From: Cyanobacteria bacterium P01_F01_bin.150
Lineage (GTDB): Bacteria > Cyanobacteriota > Cyanobacteriia > CAKZMO01
Direction: 5' to 3'
DNA: 64,000 nucleotides
Assembly: GCA_039189765.1 (NCBI GenBank)
Contig: JBCCYL010000003.1
Span: 96,001-160,000, forward strand
This document shows, piece after piece, positions 51,588 to 63,230 of this stretch (position 1 is its first letter; every line of letters starts with the position of its first letter). Below the pieces are notes generated by a model, which saw nothing but the letters and a program-made list of their open reading frames with translations, was not told the origin of the DNA and did not search any database. The translations under genes and the position numbers were made by a program.

Positions 51588-51620
51588 AAATACTGGAGAG
51601 TGCTGCACTCTCCAGTATTT
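51588..51620. terminator. Probable bidirectional terminator between trpD and crhR
   Basis: aaatactggagagtgc-t-gcactctccagtattt, perfect 16-bp stem. Confidence 0.8.
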
Positions 51621-51722
51621 CATAAAGCTCTCTCGGCTTGTCTTTTGAGGCAGCTTTGTGGAGCGTTCTGTGCCCCACAAAACCGTTGAGTTCGTTCTGG
51701 ATTAAGTGATAAATCGGCTGCA

Positions 51723-53183
51723 TTAAGTCGATACTGACTCTGAAGACCGACTGCGCTTTTTCAAAATTGGCGCGGGCGCAGAGCCATTGCGGCGATCGCG
51801 CCCCCGGTAATTGTGGGAACGACGACGACGACGCTGACCACGATCAAAGTCATCTTGGAAGAGATTATCCTTATCATCCCCTTGCATCCAAGCAGGCCGA
51901 TCCTTGTCATACACCATCTGCAACGCTGCTGCTGCAACAGTATGGGGTTCATAATTTTCAGCCAATTCAGCCACAATGGGTAGGAAGGAGGCAACTCGCT
52001 CTCCAGTCAAAACTTCCTCTAACTTTGTTTTTAATTTCTGAATATGGTGTGCTTCGATTTCAGCTCGGGTTGGAATCTTACCCCAATCAAGTTTCTGACG
52101 AATATGCCGCTCAATAGTCTTCAGCCGATGCTTATCCAAAGGATGAACAATCGAAATCGCCATCCCTTCCTGGCCTGCCCGTCCAGTACGACCAATACGG
52201 TGAACATAATTTTCCACACTGTCAGGGAGGTCGTAGTTCACCACGTGGCTCAAATTATCCACATGAAGACCGCGGGCAGCAATGTCCGTAGCCACAACCC
52301 ACTTCACCTGACGCTGACGGAATCTCAACAATAGTCGTTCTCGCTGAGATTGGCTCAAATCACCATGATATTCATCAACGCTGTGACCAGCAGCCTGGAG
52401 TTGACGGGTCAGTTCAGCCGCAGAACGCCGGGTTCGGACAAAAATTAACGCCGAGTCCGGATCCTCCATCTCAAGAATAGGGAGCAATGCCCGCCCCTTA
52501 GACCATCCCCGAGGCACAATGTAAGCAACCTGGTTAATTCGAGTAGGTGCAGCTTTGGGCTTCTTCACTGTTACAGTGACAGGAGAGCGCAAGAACTTGG
52601 TTGCTAATGCTCTGATCTGGGGTGCCATCGTTGCTGAGAAAAAAGCCGTTTGGCGCTCAGCAGGTGCCTGGGAAAGAATAAGCTCTACGTCCTGAATAAA
52701 GCCCATATTGAGCATTTCATCTGCTTCATCAAGCACTAGCCAACCCAAGTCATCTAAATTGAGTTCGCCTCGATTCAGGAGATCAATAACTCGCCCGGGA
52801 GTTCCAACAACAACTTGCACACCCCGACGCAGGGATTGAATTTGGCGCTCAATAGACTGTCCACCATAGACAGATAGTGTAAACAATCGGCGATCATCAT
52901 TAAAACTACGAATCGCCTGATAAACCTGTAGGGCCAATTCACGAGTAGGAGTTAATATCAGTGCTTGTACGCACTTCTTTTTGGAATCAACTAGTTCTAA
53001 TAAAGGGAGTGAAAAGGCGGCTGTTTTTCCGGTTCCGGTTTGGGCTTGTCCAACCACATCTCGACCTGCCAGGATGTGGGGGATTGCCTGAGCCTGAATT
53101 TCAGTGGGGGTTGTAAATTCTAATTTTTCCAAAGCCGCAACTCTGGACTCTGATAAACCTAAGCTTTTAAAAGAAAGCTCCAT
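51723..53183 (-). CDS. crhR: DEAD-box RNA helicase
   Basis: AQTGTGKT, PTRELA, TPGR, DEAD, SAT, HRIGRTGRAG. Lies downstream of rimO, as in other cyanobacteria. Confidence 0.93.
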   Translation of the reverse strand: MELSFKSLGLSESRVAALEKLEFTTPTEIQAQAIPHILAGRDVVGQAQTGTGKTAAFSLPLLELVDSKKKCVQALILTPTRELALQVYQAIRSFNDDRRLFTLSVYGGQSIERQIQSLRRGVQVVVGTPGRVIDLLNRGELNLDDLGWLVLDEADEMLNMGFIQDVELILSQAPAERQTAFFSATMAPQIRALATKFLRSPVTVTVKKPKAAPTRINQVAYIVPRGWSKGRALLPILEMEDPDSALIFVRTRRSAAELTRQLQAAGHSVDEYHGDLSQSQRERLLLRFRQRQVKWVVATDIAARGLHVDNLSHVVNYDLPDSVENYVHRIGRTGRAGQEGMAISIVHPLDKHRLKTIERHIRQKLDWGKIPTRAEIEAHHIQKLKTKLEEVLTGERVASFLPIVAELAENYEPHTVAAAALQMVYDKDRPAWMQGDDKDNLFQDDFDRGQRRRRRSHNYRGRDRRNGSAPAPILKKRSRSSESVST

Positions 53184-53311
53184 CGTATCTCCTACCATAT
53201 TTTATATAGTCTAGAAAGTCAGTCAGTTAGTTTGATTTCTCAATAGATAACGGTAAAGTTTGGTGACAACACCCATCAAGCCCAAAGGAGGCAATGGACT
53301 GGAAGAGGCAC

Positions 53312-54679
53312 CTAGGGAACAGAGACACGACGAAGCGCGCCTCTTAACTGCGCCTGGGTATCGGCAACGTGACCATACAGGTCATATACGTCAGCGTCTG
53401 TAATCAAGACAGGCAGAATTGTTCCTAGCCTGATATCACCATCGCCACGCACGTAAACCACCCCATCGACCTCAGGGGCAAACCGAGCAGATCGTCCAAT
53501 GAATTCACCTGTGGACGGGTTCTCTTGCTCAATTAGGACATCTGTAACACGCCCTATTTCCGCTTGATTTTTACGCTGGGAAATGGACTGCTGAAGCTGC
53601 ATCAATCGATCCCGCCGGGCATCCATAACCGCTTGTGGGATCTGATTTGGCATCTTAGCTGCGGGTGTTCCTTCCTCCGCAGAATAAGTGAACACGCCTA
53701 CATGATCAAACTCATGCCGCTGAATAAACTGGGCCAAATGCTCAAACTGGTCGTCGGTTTCTCCTGGAAATCCAACAATTAGGGTGGTTCGCAAAACTGC
53801 ATTGGGTAATGCAGCCTTGATGGACTCAATAATTTGATCATTCACCTTTCCCTGCCAGGGCCGATTCATCGACCGCAACACATCAGGATGGGAGTGCTGT
53901 AGTGGCAGGTCCAAATACGGCAGAATATTTGGAGTTTCTCTAATGACTTCAACCACCGCTGGCGTCAATCCCGTGGGATATGAATAGTGAATACGAATCC
54001 ATGGAATATGCACTTTCCCCAAAGCTCTCAGGAGTTCGGCCAAATAAGGTCGCCCGTACAAATCTAATCCGTAATTAGTGGTGATTTGAGAAATTAATAC
54101 AATTTCCTGGACGCCCTCCAGAACGAGTCGCTCTGCCTCCGCAACAATGGACTCAACGGTGCGAGAACGTTGCCTCCCTCGAAGATGAGGAATAATACAA
54201 AAAGCACAGCGATAATTACAGCCCTCTGCCACCCTTATATAAGCAGTGCCTTCCACAGTAGTGCGATAGCGAGGCACCGTCTCATCAGCAATATAAGTGG
54301 GCTTCTTAGATACCTCTGCAACACGCTCCCCAGACTCAGCTCGCTGAATAACGTCAACGATTTTGTGGTAGTCACCAGTTCCGACAACAGCCACTGCTTC
54401 CGGCAGCTCTTCCAACAGCTCCTGCCGAAAATGCTGTGCCATACAACCCGTGATAACAATCTTTTTGTTTGCTTCCGCTAAGCTAACAAGCTCCCTCACA
54501 GACTCTTCACGAGCAGCCTGAATGAAACTACAGGTATTGACAATAACGTAATCGGCTAACTCTTCATTATCATTAATCTGATACCCAGCTTGTACCAGAA
54601 GGCCCAGCATATGCTCAGTATCAATTCTATTCTTTTCGCAGCCCAGATGTGAAACAGAAACGGTTGGCTTACTACCCAT
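53312..54679 (-). CDS. rimO: Ribosomal protein S12 methylthiotransferase
   Basis: [16 protein letters not shown], radical-[21 protein letters not shown] domain. Confidence 0.97.
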   Translation of the reverse strand: MGSKPTVSVSHLGCEKNRIDTEHMLGLLVQAGYQINDNEELADYVIVNTCSFIQAAREESVRELVSLAEANKKIVITGCMAQHFRQELLEELPEAVAVVGTGDYHKIVDVIQRAESGERVAEVSKKPTYIADETVPRYRTTVEGTAYIRVAEGCNYRCAFCIIPHLRGRQRSRTVESIVAEAERLVLEGVQEIVLISQITTNYGLDLYGRPYLAELLRALGKVHIPWIRIHYSYPTGLTPAVVEVIRETPNILPYLDLPLQHSHPDVLRSMNRPWQGKVNDQIIESIKAALPNAVLRTTLIVGFPGETDDQFEHLAQFIQRHEFDHVGVFTYSAEEGTPAAKMPNQIPQAVMDARRDRLMQLQQSISQRKNQAEIGRVTDVLIEQENPSTGEFIGRSARFAPEVDGVVYVRGDGDIRLGTILPVLITDADVYDLYGHVADTQAQLRGALRRVSVP

Positions 54680-55666
54680 AAACTAAGTGCAAGAAATGCC
54701 AATAGGATGAACATGAAAGCGCACAAACGCTTTCAAAATAAACGTCTAAACACGCTACTCGTCTGGTGCAAGTAACTTAGCCGCTACGATCCCTTGGCTC
54801 AAAAACAATTAATCTTCTTAAAAAGAGTTTAATCGCTTTCGCGCACTCAAACTATGGGAAGCATCTGCCTATCGTAATCAAGACAGGAGAACACAGCTGT
54901 CGCTTGCAACCGCATATCACAATGTACTTGCGTAAATATATTATCGCAAAAATGCATAATATATCTACACATTTAGAAAATTTATATTGAATTTATTGAG
55001 CTTATTCACGCAGCTCTCTCTTCTGTATTTGTCTTCTAATGTAGATGATAATATGAAAGCCGCGAATGAGCTAGCATAATTTGACATGAAACGCAACAAC
55101 ATCACTAGTTATAAGTTGTGCACATTCAATTTATGTCGTTAGGAAATCACCCTGAATGGGTTTCCAAAAACAACGAGTCTCGTCATGGGACCCATTGCTG
55201 TTAAAGTTAATCTAAATAAAAAGATGAAATCAGGCAGAATAAGAATCATTGTTCTCATATTTCACTTTTTGTACTTGTCTGTATCGTTTGCTTCAGTTTG
55301 ATGTAAAGCGACTCAAGTTTTAAGGCTAGTAGTAAGAATATATTATTCTCGTTACTCACTTAAAAGGGATACTCGAAACGATCAATCCTGGGATTTAGCT
55401 GATGTATTCAGCCCAGGATTTTATTGTGATGAGTTTTGCTTCAGGTCAAATAGATTATGAGGTTCAGAAATCTTTGAACTCGATAAATCTTATCTGGAGT
55501 CTATATTTTGACGGGCTGAAATGGGTTTTACTTTAGTCGAAGTGAGACAAAGTCAACGATAGTGAGGACTCGACGTCCCCACTATTCATCCTAAAGTTGA
55601 TAACCATTGCGATAGTAATATGTTGTTCTAGGGATTTTAATAGGGTCCAAAACAGAAGTAAGGTAC

Positions 55667-56488
55667 GTGGACTTAACGCAAATATTTGAAACCACTCATC
55701 CCGTTATTGGTGTTGTACATCTTCAACCTTTACCTTCCTCCCCCCGCTGGGGCGGTAGCTTTCAATCTGTGATTGATCGGGCTGAACAAGAAGCAACAGC
55801 GTTGGCCTCTGGTGGGGTCAACGGTATTGTTGTAGAAAATTTTTTTGATGCACCTTTTACCAAAAATCGTGTAGATCCTGCGGTGATTAGTTCTATGACA
55901 TTAATCATCAAGCGTTTGATGTCAATGGTCTCCGTTCCAGTTGGATTAAATGTGCTTCGCAATGATGCTCACAGTGCCTTGGCGATCGCCACCTGCACTG
56001 GAGCGCCTTTTATCCGAGTCAATGTCCTAACCGGGGCAATGGCTACGGACCAAGGCATCATCGAAGGACAAGCGCATTCAGTGATGCGGTACAGAAGAGA
56101 GCTAAACAGTGATGTCAAGATTTTTGCAGATGTTTTAGTGAAGCATGCTTCTCCTTTAGGCAATCCAAGTCTGGAGACGGTTGTCAAAGACACGATTGAA
56201 CGTGGACTCGCTGATGGTGTGATTATTTCCGGTGGGGCGACAGGGCAAGCTCCCAGCACTAGCGACTTAAAAAGTGCAAGACTGGCTGCTGGAAATACGC
56301 CTGTTTTAATCGGAAGTGGCGCAACTTTGGATAATATTTCAGAGCTAATTCAGCATGCCCATGGAGCAATCGTATCTAGCTCCTTAAAGCGGAAAGGTAA
56401 GATTGACCAGCCCATTGACCCAATTCGGGTCCGGCAGTTTGTGGAAGCGATGGAGCAGGGCGTATCCCGTAAACATCAACTATTATAG
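55667..56488 (+). CDS. btpA: Photosystem I biogenesis protein BtpA
   Basis: IGVVHL, VENFFDAPF, NVLRND, ADVLVKH motifs. Confidence 0.95.
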   Translation: MDLTQIFETTHPVIGVVHLQPLPSSPRWGGSFQSVIDRAEQEATALASGGVNGIVVENFFDAPFTKNRVDPAVISSMTLIIKRLMSMVSVPVGLNVLRNDAHSALAIATCTGAPFIRVNVLTGAMATDQGIIEGQAHSVMRYRRELNSDVKIFADVLVKHASPLGNPSLETVVKDTIERGLADGVIISGGATGQAPSTSDLKSARLAAGNTPVLIGSGATLDNISELIQHAHGAIVSSSLKRKGKIDQPIDPIRVRQFVEAMEQGVSRKHQLL

Positions 56489-56611
56489 TGATTGGGTTTC
56501 TCTTTGAGGCGAAACAATATCAAATGATGGTAGAGGCTTTTTGCGTCCCTACTGTTCGTCCAAAGTTGATACCCTAGCAAGTGGACTTTTGAAGACGCTT
56601 AGGTTAAACCC

Positions 56612-57538
56612 ATGAGACGCCGACGCCAACAATTGCCGTGGATTCAACGTAACTCTCGCTTTCTGCTGGGAGCGATCGCTTCGATTGGAGCGATTGGAAC
56701 TGCTTATCTTACTTACATTAAGCTATCTGGAGACAGTGCGGCTTGTCCCATTAGTGGATGTAATCAGGTGCTGTCTAGCCCCTACGCAACGGTCTTTGGT
56801 CTGCCATTAACCTTATTTGGCTTCCTTGCCTATGCAAGCATGGTGACATTCGCTCTGGCTCCTCTGGCCGTAAAAGAAGAAGCTAACAAGGCTCTCCGCA
56901 GCAAGTTAGACAATATAAGTTGGCTGTTTCTCTTTATTGGAGCTTCAGCCATGACCGTATTCAGTGGTTACCTGATGTATATTCTAACCACTGAAATTCA
57001 GGCCGCTTGTATTTATTGCATTGGCTCTGCTGTGCTGAGTTTAAGCCTACTCACGATTACTTTGATAGGACGGGCCTGGGATGACTTCGGGCAGTTAGTC
57101 TTTACCGGTTTTGTGGTCTTTATGGTCACCTTGGTGGGCACACTGGGAGTTTATTCAGGGATCACGTCTGCCGGAGAAGCTACAGGCGGCCAAGTAGTAG
57201 CAGATAATGCACCTCCTCTGATCGCCACTACCTCAGGGCCATCAGAAATTGCATTGGCTCAACATCTTCAATCCATTGGGGCTAAAAAATTTGGAGCCTA
57301 TTGGTGTCCCCACTGTCATGATCAGCAGGCTCTTTTTGGACAGGAAGCGTTTAGCTATATTGAATACGTAGAATGTGCCCCAGATGGATATGAAACTCAA
57401 ACAGGTCTTTGTCAGTCAACAGGGATCACTGGATTTCCGACTTGGGAAATTAACGGAGAGCTGTATGATGGCGTTCAGCCTCTAACGGCGCTTGCCGATA
57501 TTTCAGGCTATACCGGACCTCGCGATTTTCAGAACTGA
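56612..57538 (+). CDS. Vitamin K epoxide reductase fused to a thioredoxin-like domain (thylakoid DsbB/LTO1-like)
   Basis: CPISGC..VLSS, CIYC, WCPHC, GFPTWEING. Confidence 0.93.
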   Translation: MRRRRQQLPWIQRNSRFLLGAIASIGAIGTAYLTYIKLSGDSAACPISGCNQVLSSPYATVFGLPLTLFGFLAYASMVTFALAPLAVKEEANKALRSKLDNISWLFLFIGASAMTVFSGYLMYILTTEIQAACIYCIGSAVLSLSLLTITLIGRAWDDFGQLVFTGFVVFMVTLVGTLGVYSGITSAGEATGGQVVADNAPPLIATTSGPSEIALAQHLQSIGAKKFGAYWCPHCHDQQALFGQEAFSYIEYVECAPDGYETQTGLCQSTGITGFPTWEINGELYDGVQPLTALADISGYTGPRDFQN

Positions 57539-57664
57539 TCCTTGCTTAATAGTGTTGTATTTTTATGGGCGATCGCTTTTTTCGACCTCAGCGCTTGAGG
57601 TAGAGGAGCGATCGTTTTATTGAGTCTGTCAGCTTTATTCCCTATTAGTATTGTTTACGCTCTT

Positions 57665-58480
57665 ATGCCGTCGTTAGAACCATTGCCGCCAGATTCGTTA
57701 CGAACCCTTTTAGCATCGGTTGCCGCTGGGTCTGTAGATTTAGACACCGCCCTGATCAAACTGAAGCACTTTGGGGTAGAGTCAGTCGGCGATTTTGCCA
57801 AGATCGATCACCATCGTCGCTTCCGTACAGGTTTTCCTGAATTTATTTGGGGAGCGGGAAAAACCCCTGAGCAAATTGTCCAAATTATGGCGTCCATGCA
57901 GCAGAACCATGCGGTAACTGAGCCGTCCTTACCTGTAGTTGCGACCTTAATTGAGCCAAACATATTTGAGCTAATCCAAGCCAAATTACCCGACGTAGTC
58001 TATTATCCAATGGCTCGAATTTGTGCTATGGTGCCTGAACCGATCACACCCAAATATTTAGGAACCATCACAATCTTAACGGCTGGAACGTCTGACTTAC
58101 CGGTAGCAGAAGAGGCTGCAGTCATCGCTGAATTATCTGGATTTAACGTTAAGCGGCTATGGGATGTGGGTGTTGCAGGGATTCAACGACTGCTTAATCA
58201 TTTACAAACCCTAGAAGATGCCGATGTCATTATTGTGGTAGCAGGAATGGAAGGGGCATTACCCAGTGTGGTGGGTGGTTTAGTCGATTGCCCCGTTATT
58301 GCCGTACCCACAAGCGTGGGCTATGGAGCAAGCCTTAATGGTCTTGCACCGTTGCTAACAATGGTCAATTCCTGTGCGGCAGGGATTGGGGTTATGAATA
58401 TCGATAATGGATTTGGGGCAGCGATTTTAGCAGGCAAGATATTGATGATGGCTCAGAAATTACAACCCAAGAAACCCTAA
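57665..58480 (+). CDS. larB: LarB/CpmA-like (AIR-carboxylase fold) protein
   Basis: FAKIDHHR..RTGFPE, AGTSDLPVAEEA, DVGVAG, AGMEGALPSVV, PTSVGYG, NIDNGFGAA. Confidence 0.9.
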   Translation: MPSLEPLPPDSLRTLLASVAAGSVDLDTALIKLKHFGVESVGDFAKIDHHRRFRTGFPEFIWGAGKTPEQIVQIMASMQQNHAVTEPSLPVVATLIEPNIFELIQAKLPDVVYYPMARICAMVPEPITPKYLGTITILTAGTSDLPVAEEAAVIAELSGFNVKRLWDVGVAGIQRLLNHLQTLEDADVIIVVAGMEGALPSVVGGLVDCPVIAVPTSVGYGASLNGLAPLLTMVNSCAAGIGVMNIDNGFGAAILAGKILMMAQKLQPKKP

Positions 58481-59913
58481 TTAAAGCTGGAGCGATCGCC
58501 ATATCCTAAAATTCCTGATTGCTGGTCAAAGCCAGTACTCGCTTGATACGATTCGTGATGGCTGCGTTTGCGAAACTGATGGAGCTGACGCGATCGCAAG
58601 TCAGTTTCCAGGGCCTCCAATGCAACCACCTCCAGCTCTAAACTCTGGGATTGAGGAGTATTTAGGATAATCGCCTTGGCCTTCTGAAGTTTCACTTGGG
58701 CTGCATCATAATCTTTGCGATCGGCCAAGGCCATTGCCTGGCGTTTTAGCCGTGCTGCCAACATTAGGGCGATGTTCTGCTCTACATCAGGATTACAACG
58801 AGAACGTTCTATTTGTTGGGCAACCATCAACGGCAAAGTTAATGTCGTTTTAATAGCTTGGTGCCTGGATAACTGAGTCATTGCGCTGACGGGCTGCCAG
58901 TGGAGTCGAAATTGGCAAAGACGGGCCAAATAATCCAATCGGCGCTGGCGAGCCTGATTATTGCAAGTATCGCGGCCTGCAACATATTCAGCATATTCAG
59001 CCGTATTTTTGGGATCGATCGCGGGAACTTTTAGGCGCATTACTAGATTAAACGTAAAGCCACTCACCAGATTCGGCAGCTTAAAGCGCCCCTGTCGGGT
59101 TAACTCTAAATCATTTAATACATCTTCTATTTCCACATCGCCTTGGGGCTGAATATCTAAGGTGACCTGTTGCCCAACTGTGGCAATCAACGCTAGCATC
59201 TCTCGCTCAAAGGCTTTGGGCAGTTGGCTAGGCGTATTGATGTAGTAATAATTTCCGTCCCCTTGGATGGCGATCGCTTCCAGGAGGTCTTCATTGTAGC
59301 GATTGCCCACCCCCACTGATGTCGTAGTAATGCCCACCTGCGCCATTTCCTGAACGTGAGAGATAATTGTGGACCGGTTCTTTACTCCTGCACTCACCCA
59401 ACCATCCGTCAGCAAGATAATTCGGTTGACCGTATCTGGATAGATATGACGGTTGATTTGCTCTCCCCCCTCTATCCAACCACCGTGAAGATTGGTCCAT
59501 TTCCCCACTTTAATACCCTGGATAGTTTGAATAATTGAAACCGGATCATCTACAAACGTGCTAGGTACCAGAACTTGAGGGTGTCGATCAAAGGTAACAA
59601 CACTGACGCGATCGTGGGGAGAAAGATGCTGAACAATATGACGAGCAGCGGCTTTTGCAAACAACAGGCGCTGCTGAGAGGCCATGGAACTAGAGCGATC
59701 AATAACAAGACTTAAATTTAGGCGATGATGCAAACGAACGACATCATCATCAACAATTGATCGCTCCCGAGCGGCTAACCGCTCTTCAGAAGCAGATGAG
59801 TATGGAGAAACAATCTCAGGTGGTACAACTCGAACTAACACATCGAGAATGCTTGACTGATGTGCTGGAATAGCTGCCCGAAGGGGGATAATATGCAGAT
59901 TAGGTTGAAGCAT
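58477..59913 (-). CDS. vWA-domain protein (YfbK-like)
   Basis: LNLSLVIDRSSSM, TNLHGGW, ILLTDG, GVG..YNEDLL..IA..GDGNYYYI. Confidence 0.88.
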   Translation of the reverse strand: MLQPNLHIIPLRAAIPAHQSSILDVLVRVVPPEIVSPYSSASEERLAARERSIVDDDVVRLHHRLNLSLVIDRSSSMASQQRLLFAKAAARHIVQHLSPHDRVSVVTFDRHPQVLVPSTFVDDPVSIIQTIQGIKVGKWTNLHGGWIEGGEQINRHIYPDTVNRIILLTDGWVSAGVKNRSTIISHVQEMAQVGITTTSVGVGNRYNEDLLEAIAIQGDGNYYYINTPSQLPKAFEREMLALIATVGQQVTLDIQPQGDVEIEDVLNDLELTRQGRFKLPNLVSGFTFNLVMRLKVPAIDPKNTAEYAEYVAGRDTCNNQARQRRLDYLARLCQFRLHWQPVSAMTQLSRHQAIKTTLTLPLMVAQQIERSRCNPDVEQNIALMLAARLKRQAMALADRKDYDAAQVKLQKAKAIILNTPQSQSLELEVVALEALETDLRSRQLHQFRKRSHHESYQASTGFDQQSGILGYGDRSSFN

Positions 59914-60229
59914 AATGATGAATCAACAGGGGAGGGCCTGTAGGCAGATTCTAACCTTCTTATCGCTTCGGTTAGTGATTTTCCTGCCCTCTTCATCAAT
60001 CATTTGTAAAAGCGGAGTTCACTTTAATCCGAACAGAGATTAGCAAATATTGGAATCACTCCATACTGCCATAAAAAGATTGTCTCTGAAATGTACGACA
60101 TACGGCTTAATCTGTGATTGTATTGGCATTTAATACATGTAAACCATTACAGACCTCAAATAAGGTGTTCAAAATTTGCCCAAAGTAGGGAACAATGGAT
60201 TATCCCTCATTAATTGGGGGAGCGATTGG

Positions 60230-60262
60230 AAACCCCGGTCTTATAGACCGGGGTTTATTTTT
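60230..60262 (+). terminator. Strong terminator with no upstream plus-strand CDS
   Basis: aaaccccggtct-tat-agaccggggttt followed by atttttt. Confidence 0.75.
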
Positions 60263-60575
60263 TAGGGTATTAACTTTAGGCGGATGATGTGGGCGATTCC
60301 GCCAATATCATCGTTGAATCTTCCCGCATTAATGCAGATGAATTATTGTAGAGATAGTAAGAGTGACACTTCAAATCACCAACTCAGATTTAGCGATTAG
60401 ATAGATTCTGCTTTCGAAGAAACTGATGGGGGAGCTGATTCAATCGCGGCTGGATTAGCCATCGTCTGATACAATCAAGAGCTGGCAGGTTTGAACTATT
60501 GTTTAGTCTGAATCAAGATTCTCTGCAAGCGTATTTAGTGGAGAGTTTTAAGGACAAAGGACACCCCAAAATTAA

Positions 60576-61655
<1,080 letters not shown>

Positions 61656-61935
61656 GTTAGCCTTCTAGATTAATAGGCTAATAGATGATTTGCAAAGGCT
61701 CTGATTTTTAAGGATACAGGGCCTTTAAGCATGAGGTTGGACTCTTTTTAATCAGCCACTGGATGCTTGTGGGAATAAGTCATAGTGGCGTCATGCTGTA
61801 TCACTCACATAACGTCACTGTGATACAAAGGAAATCAGCGATCCCCAACAAAAACATCTGTGTAAACACAGACAATGAGCAGACACGCATCTTAATATCT
61901 ATGCACTGGCAACCAAAGCTTTGAGCTGCGATGGA

Positions 61936-62781
61936 TCACCTGAACCCAGAAATATCAGAAACATCTTTTATGATGGGAGAAACGTTCCTGACATATCTAA
62001 CATATCGTTTTGGGGCATGATGATAATAATCTTCAGAATAATCGGGAGATGAAGGATATTGAGGAAAATCATCATTGGATGGAAGCAAAGCTAATCGTGC
62101 CGGAACATGGTGTGTACGGTGAATAGTTCTTGGGCGCTTCCTTGCCTGCACAATAAGAGCAATAATCAATAAAACCATAATCCCAACTAGCACAGCAATA
62201 ACTACTACCGCCACTGTGACGGTAATAATGATTGGTACTGAGTTCCACTGGGATCGATTAGTAACAATCTGCCCATCCTGTTGGCTTGCGGACTCACCCA
62301 ATGAAGTAATAAGCCCTTGCTGATCCGCCATTAAAGTCTCAATTTGATCAGTTCGAGAACGCTGTTCCTCAAACAAACCAGCAATATCTCTAGTATTGGA
62401 GTGTTGCTCCTCAAACAAGCCAGCAATTTTGTTCGCGTTTTCTTGTTGCTCTTTTAAACCCGTCCCTTGCTCTTCTAGCTGTTCCACTAACCTTTGAGTA
62501 ACAGCCTGTTGCTCATCCAGTCGACTGTAGAGATCCTCAGTCACCTCCTGCTGCTCTTCAAATTCTTCTAAAAACCGATCCCACTCACGATCATAAGCTC
62601 CTGGTAATGCCTGAGGATAGGGTGGTGAGATGCTCACAGATGATTGAGGGATACCCGATACCTGAGGCATAGGCTGCTGAACCGGCGGCGAGTCTGCCCT
62701 TTTCAGGTCGCCTCCGACAAATAGAACGATCGCGACTCCAACCGTAGCACAACCCGCGAAAAATGAAGCTGTTTCACTCAT
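61936..62781 (-). CDS. Membrane protein with Gln-rich coiled coil (PatN-like architecture)
   Basis: N-terminal hydrophobic segment MSETASFFAGCATVGVAIVLF, EQQ-rich coiled coil, long TM, Pro/Tyr-rich tail. Confidence 0.65.
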   Translation of the reverse strand: MSETASFFAGCATVGVAIVLFVGGDLKRADSPPVQQPMPQVSGIPQSSVSISPPYPQALPGAYDREWDRFLEEFEEQQEVTEDLYSRLDEQQAVTQRLVEQLEEQGTGLKEQQENANKIAGLFEEQHSNTRDIAGLFEEQRSRTDQIETLMADQQGLITSLGESASQQDGQIVTNRSQWNSVPIIITVTVAVVVIAVLVGIMVLLIIALIVQARKRPRTIHRTHHVPARLALLPSNDDFPQYPSSPDYSEDYYHHAPKRYVRYVRNVSPIIKDVSDISGFR

Positions 62782-63230
62782 GCAAAACCAACCTTCACAC
62801 CATAAATGAGCCGATATTGAGCAGGATGCAGAATTAACATTTTGTTGATTGAACTAAACCTAGCTCTAAATCTTGAACGTGTTAAGGCATCTAATATAAC
62901 ATTGCGATCCAAGGTAACTGAAAATCAGCAGTCTGGCAAGAAGACTGACAGCCCCCTTTCAAGAAGACCCTAGAGGCATAATCTTGCTCTCAAGCTGTTT
63001 AGTTAAATTCGGATATATTTGACCCAAACTCCTCTGTTTCAAGGAGTAGAAGCAGAGGGGGCCTTCGGACATCGATATGCCAAGATTAGTGAATTTTGAA
63101 TTTATGTCAAATCTTTTGTTATATTTCGTACGAATTGTAGTTTGTATTTTTACCATAAAGATTAATGAGAGAGGGGATTGGCAAAAAGGTCAAGAAGGGT
63201 CTCAACATTAACTCTGTAATCTTGGAGTAT

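Noticed and set aside
58477..59913. Second vWA gene as part of the kinase/PP2C system
   Set aside because: It is about 40 kb away, belongs to a different (YfbK-like) subtype, and no shared operator was seen upstream.
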